From Planctomycetota bacterium (lineage in GTDB: Bacteria > Planctomycetota > OFTM77): a DNA stretch of 64,000 nt. This document shows positions 48,213-56,745 of the stretch, in pieces. Made by a program: the position numbers and the translations under genes. The notes below the pieces were generated by a model, which saw only the letters and a program-made list of their open reading frames with translations, was not told where the DNA came from and did no database searches. Each line of letters starts with the position of its first letter. Position 1 is the stretch's first letter. The DNA is taken from positions 39,866 to 103,865 of the forward strand of contig JAJDCO010000125.1 in assembly GCA_029260795.1 (NCBI GenBank), given 5' to 3'.

Positions 48213-49904
48213 TCACCGGTAGAAGTCGGTTCCCGTGATTCGGTTGTAGGCCCGTTGGGCGGCGGTTCGGAACGCCTCCTCGACTTCGGGATCGTCGGCC
48301 AGACGTTGAACCATCTCGAGCGAAGCTTGGTCGCGCACGTCTCCGAGGAATGAGATGGCCGCCGTCCTCAGCTCGACCGACTCGTCGGCATCGATGACGA
48401 GCTCCCGGAACAGCGGCGCGGCTTCCGGACGATTGGCGAACAGCAGCGCCTCGAGCGCGCCTTCGCGTATGGACTCCGGATGTCCATCGTCCCGATAGAG
48501 CTTCGTGAGGAAGTCGATCGCCGGACCGTCGCCGATGCGGGCGAGGCCGACTGCGGAGTTGATGCGCACTCCGATGTCCTCGTTCTCTGCCTCGAAGCGG
48601 CCGCGAAGGACAGAGCTCACGCTCTCGGCATCCAATGCCGAGAGACCCGCCGCTGCAATTCGTCGCACCATGTCACCCGCCTCGTCCGGGATCATGAGCG
48701 CCGCCTGGAGTGGCGGAATCACGGCCGGCGTCTCGAGGCGCCGGAGGATCAGCACCGCCAGCAGACGCTCCTCGGAGGGTGAGCCCGAAGAGATCACGTC
48801 CGCCAAGAGATCGATACCGCGCGGCCCGAGCTCACGAAAACGCGAGGACAGCTTCACGGCCTCCGCGATCAACGGATAGAGGAAGCCGGCTTCGGCGCTG
48901 GTCGTGAAGTCGTCCATCAAGGCGACCACAGTCGATTCGGGCACTGCCTGCCGTTCCACTTGAACGAGCAGTGCTCCGTTCTCCGCCAGCGCGTCGCGCA
49001 GCTGCTTTCGCGTCGAGAAGAGCTCTTGCTGCAACGTCGCTTCGAATCGGCGAAGCTGTCGGAGCTCGAGCTCGAGAGCCGCGATCCGTTCTTCGGCGTC
49101 GGACGGCTGGGCAGCCGGCCCACTCACTCGTCGCGGGCCGGCAGTCCCGACCAGACCTTCTTGACCGGACTCGATCACGACCTCTCGGCCGCCATGCATG
49201 AGGCGCGCCCGACCTTCGTGCACGGCCAGCTTCAAGCCGGCGTTTCCATGGCGCTCGAGTCTCGCCAACGTGCCCGGCTCCAGCTCAGCTTGGCCGAGAG
49301 GCGAATCCACTCTCAGAGCGGTCGGTGACAAGGAGGTCACAGTCAAAGTCCCCGACTCGAGTCGAAGGCGATCGATCGCCGTGGGCTCGACCCGAGCGCT
49401 CTCGTCGTTCGCGGCGAGCTCGAAAGCGATACCGTTCGACATCGAGGCCGCCAGTCGACCTCCGGGTGTGACTTCCAGCAGCTCTCCGGTACGAAGCTCA
49501 CTGCCGATTTGAATCACTTGACCGGCAGACCGGGCCTCTCCGCTCAGTGAGCGGATGACGCCCTCCATCGACTCGGGACCCCGGCTCGGCCAGAGGACGA
49601 CGGCGAGGAGCGTGGCGGCAGCGGCGGTGGCGAGATGCGTCCAAACTCCGGCACCGATGCGCGACGACTTGCGGCCGGCGGCTCGTTCCCGGCGGATGCG
49701 CCGGAGGACCTCGACCGAGAAGCTCGGATCGTCAATCGACGCCCCGGACTCCTGCAGGCGTCGCCCGATCGCTCGGGCGGCCTCGATCTCCTGGCGACAG
49801 AGCGCGCACACTCCGAGGTGAGCCTCGACGGCCAACCTCTGAGTCGCTTCGAGCTCGCGATCGAGGTAGAGCTCATGGAGCTCGAGCACGTCACGACATT
49901 CCAC
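48213..49904 (-). CDS. ZAS-type anti-sigma factor with TM helix and C-terminal HEAT/PBS-lyase-like repeats
   Basis: HLGVCALC (HxxxCxxC). TM segment THLATAAAATLLAVVLW. C-terminal repeats ...GDGPAIDFLTKLYRDDGHPESIREGALEAL.... Confidence 0.6.
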   Translation of the reverse strand: MECRDVLELHELYLDRELEATQRLAVEAHLGVCALCRQEIEAARAIGRRLQESGASIDDPSFSVEVLRRIRRERAAGRKSSRIGAGVWTHLATAAAATLLAVVLWPSRGPESMEGVIRSLSGEARSAGQVIQIGSELRTGELLEVTPGGRLAASMSNGIAFELAANDESARVEPTAIDRLRLESGTLTVTSLSPTALRVDSPLGQAELEPGTLARLERHGNAGLKLAVHEGRARLMHGGREVVIESGQEGLVGTAGPRRVSGPAAQPSDAEERIAALELELRQLRRFEATLQQELFSTRKQLRDALAENGALLVQVERQAVPESTVVALMDDFTTSAEAGFLYPLIAEAVKLSSRFRELGPRGIDLLADVISSGSPSEERLLAVLILRRLETPAVIPPLQAALMIPDEAGDMVRRIAAAGLSALDAESVSSVLRGRFEAENEDIGVRINSAVGLARIGDGPAIDFLTKLYRDDGHPESIREGALEALLFANRPEAAPLFRELVIDADESVELRTAAISFLGDVRDQASLEMVQRLADDPEVEEAFRTAAQRAYNRITGTDFYR

Positions 49905-49909
49905 CGCGG

Positions 49910-50500
49910 TTACCTCTTGATTGCGTAGTCTTTCAGATGGCGTTGCAGCAGCTTCTTTCCACGGTGGATGTTGATGCTCACGACGTTGGGCGTGACCCCG
50001 AGGATATCCGCGATGTCCTTACAGGCCAAGCCGTCGAAGTACCGCATCGCCAGGGCAGTGCGGTAGTTCTCCGGGAGCTTCGCCATCGCTTCCCACACGA
50101 CTCGTTTCGTCTCTTGGGTCTGGAGCGTCGGAGGAACTCCGGATTCTCCCCCACCGATTCGAGTCACCTCGACCGAACGATCGGTGACCCGACGCTCGAG
50201 CTTGAGGCGCTTGACCTTGTTGAAGGAGAGGTTCACCCCGATGCGGAACAGCCAGGAGGAGAACTTGTAGGTGGGATCGTAGAGGTGGATGGCCTTGAAC
50301 GCCCTGAGGAAGGTGTCCTGACAGATCTCCAACGTCAGATCATGGTTACGCAAGATCGAGTAGAGGATCGAGTAGAGGCGATCCTGGTACTTTACGACCA
50401 AGCGTCCGTAGGCCTCCGGGTCCCCGGTTCGGACTTCGGAAACGATCTGGACGTCTTCGGCTGCCGTCTCGCTGGGCTTTTGCTGGGCTGGCACGATCAT
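49910..50500 (-). CDS. ECF sigma factor
   Basis: Region 2 YSILRNHDLTLEICQDTFLRAFKAIHLYDP. Region 4 ALAMRYFDGLACKDIADILGVTPNVVSINIHRGKKLL. ATG at 50500. Confidence 0.75.
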   Translation of the reverse strand: MIVPAQQKPSETAAEDVQIVSEVRTGDPEAYGRLVVKYQDRLYSILYSILRNHDLTLEICQDTFLRAFKAIHLYDPTYKFSSWLFRIGVNLSFNKVKRLKLERRVTDRSVEVTRIGGGESGVPPTLQTQETKRVVWEAMAKLPENYRTALAMRYFDGLACKDIADILGVTPNVVSINIHRGKKLLQRHLKDYAIKR

Positions 50501-50737
50501 GGTCCTCGCGTTACAGGCGAGCGGACCCAGACTTTCAAGTCTCACCGGAATCAGCGACCGACTCGAGAGGGCCGAGCCTGCCGAAGCACCTGACGCCTGG
50601 TCACGGTCGCGAGAGAACCCCGCGGTTCCGGAAGCCAATAGTATAAGATGGCGGGCTTCCTCGGGGCCTTCGGGCTCTTGTAATAGGCGACGGCCTACAG
50701 CCCGACCCCGGCCTTATTCTCCAGGAAGACTCGTATC

Positions 50738-53320
50738 TTGAAGATCAAGCAGACCCCCGAAGACTTTCGGGTCATCGAGCGATCCGAGCCCCCGGTCTCC
50801 AAGACCGGATCCGGACCATACTACCTCTACGTGCTGCGGAAGAAGAAGCTCACCACGCCCGAAGCGATCCGTGAGCTGGCCCGCGCAAGTGACCTCCGGA
50901 CCGATGCCTTCGCCCACGCCGGCCTCAAGGATCGGCAAGGGGTCACAGAGCAGCTCATCTCGGTCACGGGCAAGCCGATCCGGTACGAGTCCCACCAGAT
51001 TCGCCTCAAATACCTCGGCCGATCCCGCCGGGCGGTCGAGAAAACGGACAGTCAGGGCAATCGCTTCGAGATCACACTGCGGCATCTGCGCAGGAGCGAA
51101 GCCGTGGATCTGGTCGAGGCCGCTGAGGAGGTCCGGAGCATCGGAGTCCCCAACTACTTCGACAGCCAGCGCTTCGGATGCATCCGGCACGGCCAGGGCT
51201 TCATCGCCCGACACGTCATCCAAGGCGACTTCGAAGAGGCCTTGCGGCGAATGATCGCCTCGAAGTCGCGCTTCGAGACCAAGGACGCCCAATTCAAGGG
51301 CTACCTGCGAAAGCACTGGGGAAAGTGGCGAGATCTCGCCGGACGACATCGACGCTCACTCTACAGCCGGCTCTTCAGCTACCTCGGAGACCATCCGAGC
51401 GACTTTCGCGGGGCGCTCAAGCTCGTGCCACTCGGCACCAAGCTCATTCATCTGTGTGCTTATCAGAGCTTCCTGTGGAACGAGATGCTTCGCCGTTACC
51501 TCGAGGCCGAGGGCGAATCCGGACCCGAAGTCCCCAAGGCAGCCCCCGTCGAAGCACCGAAGCCCGTGCAGGACGAAGGTCCGAAGGAGACGCTCCTCGC
51601 CGGTCCCCCTCTCGAGGACGACACACCCGACGAGAGTCCGGCCGGTTCGGAGCAGGCAGCCACGAAGCCGCCAGAGATCGAAGCCACGAAGCCCGAGCCG
51701 GCTCCTGAAAGGTGGTTGGGCACGCAGTACGAATGCGGTTGGCTGGTCTTTCCGAACAACCTGACTCGGAAGCGAGCTCTCGAGCTGCGAGAGCTCAAGC
51801 TGCCCCTGCCCGACGCACACACGCGACCGAGTGATCCGCGCATCGCGCGTGCCCTGGGGCATGCCTTGAATCACGAGGGCCTCGACCTTCGGGACCTCGA
51901 CATCCAGGACATCCCGGGATTCCTCTTCAAGGAAGAGCCGCGGCCCGCGATGCTCGTTCCCGAAGAGCTCACCGTCCGCGAGCCGGAGCCAGATGATCTG
52001 AATCGGGGGTTCTTCAAGGTCCGCTTGTCCTTCTCGCTCCCGCGTGGCGCCTACGGCTCCCTGATCCTCAAGCGTCTCCTCGCCGAGCCGGCCCCGGCCA
52101 ATCCTAAAGCGCGCGAACCCCGCGGTGCTCCCAGGGCTCAAGCCTTGCCCCCGAAGCGATGGCAGTCCGAGAGAACCCACAGCTCCAGCCGCGAGGGGCG
52201 GTCCGATGCTCGGGGAGAGCGAAGAGAGGGATACCTGGGCCCGCGCCAACGAGAGGCTTCACAAGGAATGTCGGCAGGCAGCGATCGCCGCCGAGGTCCC
52301 AGAAAACCCCACGAAGCAGCGGCGGTACACGGTGGGCGGTGGCCTGCAAACAAAGACACATTCGATCGGAACCGCCCTTCCAACAGCGACCGATCCGGGG
52401 ACGAGGACAACTTCGAAGGCTTCGAGGCTGAGGTGCGGCGCCGACCCGAGCCTGGTTGGAAGCAGCGGCGAGAAAGCAGCACTCCGAGCGGAGGCCCTGA
52501 TCGCAAACCCTCAGGGGGACACTCGGGACGCGACCGAGACCGTCGGGCAGGCGGAGATGACCACCGGAAGCCTCTGGGAGCGAGAGGAGGCCGACGCAGC
52601 GCGAGCACCGGTTGGAAGCCGCGCGATCCGACGGCGAGCAGAGATCGCAAGCCGGGCCAGGGCTACGCACGAAACACCAGCGGCGGAGGACAATCAACCG
52701 GTCGCCCGGGCGGAAGCTACGCCGGCAGTGGTCGGTCCGCCGGCAGTGGACACGCATCTGGCGGTAGGTCTGGCGGAAGCTACTCCGGCGGTGGTCGACC
52801 TGGCGGCGGTGGACATTCAGCAGGTCGACCGGGCGGAAGCTACTCCGGCGGCGGTCGACCCAGCGGCGGTGGACATTCGGCTGGTCGACCGGGCGGGAGC
52901 TACTCCGGCGGTGGTCGACCGGGCGGCGGTGGACATTCGGCTGGTCGACCGGGCGGAAGCTACTCCGGCGGTGGTCGACCGGGCGGCGGTGGACATTCGG
53001 CTGGTCGACCGGGCGGAAGCTACTCCGACGGTGGTGGAACCGGAGGTGGCAAGCCTTGGGGATCCGGCCGACCGCGCGGCGCAAATCACCCAGAGCGGGG
53101 CCGCCCCAGCGGGGGTGGTCGACCGGGAAATGCTTACTCGGCCGGCGGACGTCCCGGCGGCGGATACTCCGGCGGTGGCAAGCCGGGTGGTGCTGGCCGG
53201 CCGGCTGGAGGTCGACCCGGCGGGAACCGAGGATCTCGCCCGGCAGCCGGTCCGAATCGACGCTCGTCCCGTCCTGAGGGAGAGCGCTCCCGCGAGGCGG
53301 AGCGTGGTGGCGACTCCTGA
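50738..53320 (+). CDS. truD: tRNA pseudouridine(13) synthase TruD fused to a ~420-aa Gly/Arg/Ser-rich (GAR/RGG-like) C-terminal tail. Also carries a ~70-aa Pro/Glu-rich insertion.
   Basis: TruD signatures LKDRQGVTEQ and GVPNYFDSQRFG. The catalytic domain runs to about aa 440. The tail is low-complexity with tandem 20-aa units GGGRPGGGGHSAGRPGGSYS. Confidence 0.8.
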   Translation: MKIKQTPEDFRVIERSEPPVSKTGSGPYYLYVLRKKKLTTPEAIRELARASDLRTDAFAHAGLKDRQGVTEQLISVTGKPIRYESHQIRLKYLGRSRRAVEKTDSQGNRFEITLRHLRRSEAVDLVEAAEEVRSIGVPNYFDSQRFGCIRHGQGFIARHVIQGDFEEALRRMIASKSRFETKDAQFKGYLRKHWGKWRDLAGRHRRSLYSRLFSYLGDHPSDFRGALKLVPLGTKLIHLCAYQSFLWNEMLRRYLEAEGESGPEVPKAAPVEAPKPVQDEGPKETLLAGPPLEDDTPDESPAGSEQAATKPPEIEATKPEPAPERWLGTQYECGWLVFPNNLTRKRALELRELKLPLPDAHTRPSDPRIARALGHALNHEGLDLRDLDIQDIPGFLFKEEPRPAMLVPEELTVREPEPDDLNRGFFKVRLSFSLPRGAYGSLILKRLLAEPAPANPKAREPRGAPRAQALPPKRWQSERTHSSSREGRSDARGERREGYLGPRQREASQGMSAGSDRRRGPRKPHEAAAVHGGRWPANKDTFDRNRPSNSDRSGDEDNFEGFEAEVRRRPEPGWKQRRESSTPSGGPDRKPSGGHSGRDRDRRAGGDDHRKPLGARGGRRSASTGWKPRDPTASRDRKPGQGYARNTSGGGQSTGRPGGSYAGSGRSAGSGHASGGRSGGSYSGGGRPGGGGHSAGRPGGSYSGGGRPSGGGHSAGRPGGSYSGGGRPGGGGHSAGRPGGSYSGGGRPGGGGHSAGRPGGSYSDGGGTGGGKPWGSGRPRGANHPERGRPSGGGRPGNAYSAGGRPGGGYSGGGKPGGAGRPAGGRPGGNRGSRPAAGPNRRSSRPEGERSREAERGGDS
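52741..53040 (+). repeat. Five copies of a 60-bp in-frame tandem repeat inside the truD 3' region (degenerate copies extend upstream to ~52700)
   Basis: The unit gggcggcggtggacattcggctggtcgaccgggcggaagctactccggcggtggtcgacc lines up exactly with the 60-nt sequence lines; copies 4 and 5 are near-identical. Confidence 0.85.
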
Positions 53321-53366
53321 CGGCATTGTTCTCTCGGTGCCCTTCGGAGCACTTGCTGAAAGTCGA

Positions 53367-53395
53367 TTGACCCTCTCGCCCCCTCCGCGTATAAG
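53367..53395 (+). promoter_or_regulatory. Strong sigma70-like promoter candidate for rplC (TTGACC, 17 nt, TATAAG), giving a ~140-nt leader
   Basis: Near-consensus hexamers with optimal spacing. The leader contains the hairpin ACCGCTC-gag-GAGCGGT. Confidence 0.45.
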
Positions 53396-53539
53396 GGCGG
53401 GTCTTATCGTTCCGCATGGAGGCGGTCTTGCCCGTCTCCCGCTGCGCCTACCCGATGAATTCCCTTCACCGGCGCAAGCACGGATTGCCTTCCGACCGCT
53501 CGAGGAGCGGTGTCCTGATTCCGTCACGAAGGAACTCCC

Positions 53540-54196
53540 ATGTCCCTAGGACTGCTCGGCCGCAAACAGGGTATGACCCAGATCTTCGATGAGACTGGCG
53601 TGATCATCCCGGTCACGATCATCCAAGCCGGCCCCTGCCCCATCGTTCAGATCAAGAAGCACGAGACCGACGGCTACACGGCGCTCCAAGTCGCCTTCGA
53701 GCCGCGGCGCGCGAACATCACCAAGAAGCCCTTGGTCGGCCACTACAAGAAGGCGGGCGTGGACACCCACCGCGTTCTGCGCGAGATGCGCTTGGACGAC
53801 GATGAAGCACTCAAGGCCCACGAGAACGGCGAGCCGCTGACCGTCGACATCTTTCAAGTCGGCCAGTACGTCGACGTGACCGGCACGTCCAAGGGCCACG
53901 GCTTCACGGGTGTCATCGTGCGCCATGGCTTCCACGGAATGCGCGCGACGCACGGTACGCACGAGTTCTTCCGGCACGGTGGTTCGATCGGTATGCACTC
54001 GTGGCCGTCCCGCGTCTTCAAGGGCACCAAGATGCCCGGGCAGCACGGCAACGCTCGCGTGACGACGCAGAACCTCAAGGTCGTCAAGATCGACGCGGAG
54101 AAGAATCTGATCCTCATCAAGGGTGCCGTACCGGGCACGCGCAACGGCCTGCTGGAAATACATCCGGCCCTCAAGAAGCCGGCACTGAAGGCCTGA
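53540..54196 (+). CDS. rplC: 50S ribosomal protein L3
   Basis: Aligns along its length with E. coli L3: GMTQIF, VDVTGTSKGHGFTGV, SIGMHSWPSRVFKGTKMPGQHGN, LIKGAVPG. Confidence 0.9.
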   Translation: MSLGLLGRKQGMTQIFDETGVIIPVTIIQAGPCPIVQIKKHETDGYTALQVAFEPRRANITKKPLVGHYKKAGVDTHRVLREMRLDDDEALKAHENGEPLTVDIFQVGQYVDVTGTSKGHGFTGVIVRHGFHGMRATHGTHEFFRHGGSIGMHSWPSRVFKGTKMPGQHGNARVTTQNLKVVKIDAEKNLILIKGAVPGTRNGLLEIHPALKKPALKA

Positions 54197-54226
54197 TCAG
54201 ACTCGACGACACTCGACAAGCACGCG

Positions 54227-54264
54227 GAGGGAGCCTGGCGACGGGCTCCCTCGTTTCGTTTCGG
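54227..54264 (+). terminator. Rho-independent terminator candidate after rplC
   Basis: GAGGGAGCC-tggcgacg-GGCTCCCTC followed by GTTTCGTTTCGG. It ends 13 nt before the rlmE ATG. Confidence 0.45.
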
Positions 54265-54276
54265 AACCCCCACGCC

Positions 54277-54870
54277 ATGGCCTACGAGCTCGACGATGGA
54301 TACCGCCGGCAGGCTCGCCGCGAAGGCTACGCCGCGCGGGCGGTGTACAAGCTCGCCGAGATCCATCAGCGTTACCGCATTCTGACGCGGGGAGGCTCCG
54401 TGCTCGACCTCGGTTGTGCGCCGGGCTCCTGGCTTCAAAAGGCTCGTGAGATCGTCGGTCCGAGCGGCCAGGTCGTCGGCATCGACCTCGTGGCCGTCGA
54501 CGCCGACGCCTGCCCGGGCGCGCGACTCCATCAGGGCGACTTCTTCTCGGATGACGGGCGCACGTTCTTGGCAACGCACGGGCCCTACGAGGCCGTGTTG
54601 AGCGACATGGCCCCGAAGACGTCGGGAATCAAGTCGGCCGACCAGGCACGCTCCCTCGAGCTGTGTGAAGGTGCGTGGCTCGTCGCACAGCAGCATCTGA
54701 AACCGGGCGGTAGCTTCGTGTGCAAGATCTTCCAAGGGGCCGGATTCCCCGAGCTCCTCAAGGACGTTCGGCGGCGCTTTCGCAAGACCCACGGCTTCAA
54801 GCCGAAGAGCTCGCGCTCAGCCAGCATGGAAACCTACATCGTCGGCTTGGGGTATCAGCCCGAGAGCTGA
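54277..54870 (+). CDS. rlmE: 23S rRNA (uridine2552-2'-O)-methyltransferase RlmE (FtsJ)
   Basis: SAM motif VLDLGCAPGSW. K-D-K-E catalytic residues including SDMAPK. 197 aa. Confidence 0.85.
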   Translation: MAYELDDGYRRQARREGYAARAVYKLAEIHQRYRILTRGGSVLDLGCAPGSWLQKAREIVGPSGQVVGIDLVAVDADACPGARLHQGDFFSDDGRTFLATHGPYEAVLSDMAPKTSGIKSADQARSLELCEGAWLVAQQHLKPGGSFVCKIFQGAGFPELLKDVRRRFRKTHGFKPKSSRSASMETYIVGLGYQPES

Positions 54871-54879
54871 GCTCGGAAC

Positions 54880-56622
54880 GTGAGGTTCCCGTTGTCGGTG
54901 GCCGGCCGTCCGAATACGATCGCGAAACGGGACGAGGATTCGAATCGGTCCAGGAGCGAAGTGGTGCGGCTCTTCAAGAAGATCCTGTTGTCGGTCCTCT
55001 TTACGGTCGGCTTCTTCGCGGCGGTCGAAACCGCCTTGTTCTTCGTCGGCGTCGGCGAGAGCTGGAGCCCGTTCGAGCAAGAGCGCGACTCGGAAGGCTC
55101 GTGGGTCGCCAAGCTCGCCCCTCGAGGCGCCTTTCACTTCCACTCCGAACGCTTCCCCGTCGACAAGCCGAGCGATACCTTTCGCGTATTCACCTTCGGC
55201 GGGTCGTCGACATACGGTTACCCGTTCAGCCGCGCACATTCCCGCAGCTCGTTCTCCGGCATGCTCCGCGTCCTGCTGACCGAGCGCTATCCCCAGCGAC
55301 GCATCGAGGTCATCAACTGCGGCTCGCCGGGCATGGACAGCCGCGCCAGCCTCGAGATCTTGCACGCGGCGTTGGACTACTCGCCCGACGCGCTCGTCGT
55401 GTACTCGGGTCACAACGAGTTCCTCCCCCAGAACGTCACGCTCACTCGCCGGGCACTCGAGCAGCCCCTCTGGAATGGCGTGCTCGAGTTTGCGGGCTCG
55501 CTGCGCTTGTTCGGGTTGCTCCGCTCCGCCATCACGCCGAAGCTGCCCCAGCGCGAAGAGGTCACGTTCAACGACCTCGTCCAATACGATCAAATGATCG
55601 GTCCGCCACTTTGCGGTCCCGACGAGACGAAGGCCGTCCTCACCGGATACCGACAGAACCTTACCGCCATGGCCGAAGCGGCGACCGTGCCGCTCTTCTT
55701 CTGCCTGCCCGCCTCCAACCTCGCCGACATGGAGCCGAACGTCTCCACGCACAGCACCGATCTCGATCCTCGCCTCATGATCCGCTTCGACGAGGCCTTC
55801 AGCGAAGGGCGTGCGAAGGCGGCTCAGGAAGACTGGAGCAGCGCGATCGAGGCCTTCAAGAAGGCCAATCGGGCCGACCCGAATGTCGCCGAGTCGCACT
55901 ACCAGCTCGGTCGCGCTCTCGAGGCGGCGGGCGAGTTCTCTCGTGCCCGGGCCGAGTACTTGCGCGCGCGCGACCTCGATGGCCGCCCGCTGCGAGCCAC
56001 GGCGGCCATCCTCGAGATCGTCGAGACCGTCGCGCGCGAGCAATCCCGCGTCACCCGGATCGACACGATGTCCGGCCTGACCGCCGCGGCGCCGAACGGC
56101 TTGATCGGCAACGGACAGATCATCGACAACGTCCACCCGACTCTCGAAGGCGACTACGTGCTCGCGCGGCAGATCGCCGACGCGCTCGGAGCCGCCGGTC
56201 TACCGGCTGGCGCTCGTTCGGAGCGTCCCGATCCCGACTTCGCCGAGTGCCTGCGCAAGACGGGGTCGCGGCCCGAGCTCGTGACGGAAGGGCTCGCCGA
56301 GGCTGGCCTCTACCTGCTGCGATTCGTACCGATGCGCTACGACCGGGCGCGTCGAGCCGCCCGCACCGAGGAGGTCTTCCAGCAGGTGCTGGCCGAGAAG
56401 CCCGACAACTTTCGTGCGCTGCACGGCCTCGCCACGCTCTACCTGATGGTCGGTCGCACGGACGAGGCCAAGACGATCCTCGACAGCACCCTCGAGAAGC
56501 AGCCCGCCTCAGCGGCGCTGCTCGTGCACTTCGCCAAGCTCTCGCCCTACTTGACTCGCCTCTACCAAGAAGCGGGGCTCGACCTCGAAGCGCTGAAGGC
56601 GAAGATCCCCAAGACTCAGTGA
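54880..56622 (+). CDS. Membrane-anchored SGNH/GDSL-family hydrolase or acyltransferase with C-terminal TPR region (paralog 2)
   Basis: FRVFTFGGSSTYGYPF, VYSGHNEF, IDNVHPTLEGDY. C-terminal TPR. Paralog of 2905..4461. Confidence 0.6.
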   Translation: MRFPLSVAGRPNTIAKRDEDSNRSRSEVVRLFKKILLSVLFTVGFFAAVETALFFVGVGESWSPFEQERDSEGSWVAKLAPRGAFHFHSERFPVDKPSDTFRVFTFGGSSTYGYPFSRAHSRSSFSGMLRVLLTERYPQRRIEVINCGSPGMDSRASLEILHAALDYSPDALVVYSGHNEFLPQNVTLTRRALEQPLWNGVLEFAGSLRLFGLLRSAITPKLPQREEVTFNDLVQYDQMIGPPLCGPDETKAVLTGYRQNLTAMAEAATVPLFFCLPASNLADMEPNVSTHSTDLDPRLMIRFDEAFSEGRAKAAQEDWSSAIEAFKKANRADPNVAESHYQLGRALEAAGEFSRARAEYLRARDLDGRPLRATAAILEIVETVAREQSRVTRIDTMSGLTAAAPNGLIGNGQIIDNVHPTLEGDYVLARQIADALGAAGLPAGARSERPDPDFAECLRKTGSRPELVTEGLAEAGLYLLRFVPMRYDRARRAARTEEVFQQVLAEKPDNFRALHGLATLYLMVGRTDEAKTILDSTLEKQPASAALLVHFAKLSPYLTRLYQEAGLDLEALKAKIPKTQ

Positions 56623-56691
56623 AGCCCGAGGCGCCGACGCTCCCGGACGTCGACGCCCTCCAAAGCGTCCTCAGTGATCGTCGGAGGCGAT

Positions 56692-56745
56692 GAGTGATCT
56701 TCCCCCGTTCTCGTGGACACCTTGGTCATGCCGCGAACACGGCGA
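56692..56745. repeat. Copy B of the dispersed 54-bp repeat (GAGTGATCTTCCCCCGTTCTCGTGGACACCTTGGTCATGCCGCGAACACGGCGA)
   Basis: Three mismatches to copy A. It contains the stop codon of the truncated beta-lactamase-family ORF. Confidence 0.6.

Noticed and set aside
52741-53040. Possible CRISPR array (regular 60-bp periodicity)
   Set aside because: Repeats are contiguous with no unique spacers, lie in frame inside a CDS, and there are no cas genes. This is a coding tandem repeat.
52104-53549. Long ORFs on both strands over the truD 3' repeat region (52104..53417 -, 52125..53549 +)
   Set aside because: They arise because the 60-bp GC-rich tandem repeat is open in several frames. The TruD frame is continuous from a bona fide catalytic domain.
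53540-54196. Possibility that rplC is a pseudogene or paralog remnant
   Set aside because: Full-length, with all conserved L3 blocks intact, a good promoter and a terminator. I treat it as functional; whether it is the sole copy cannot be judged from this window.
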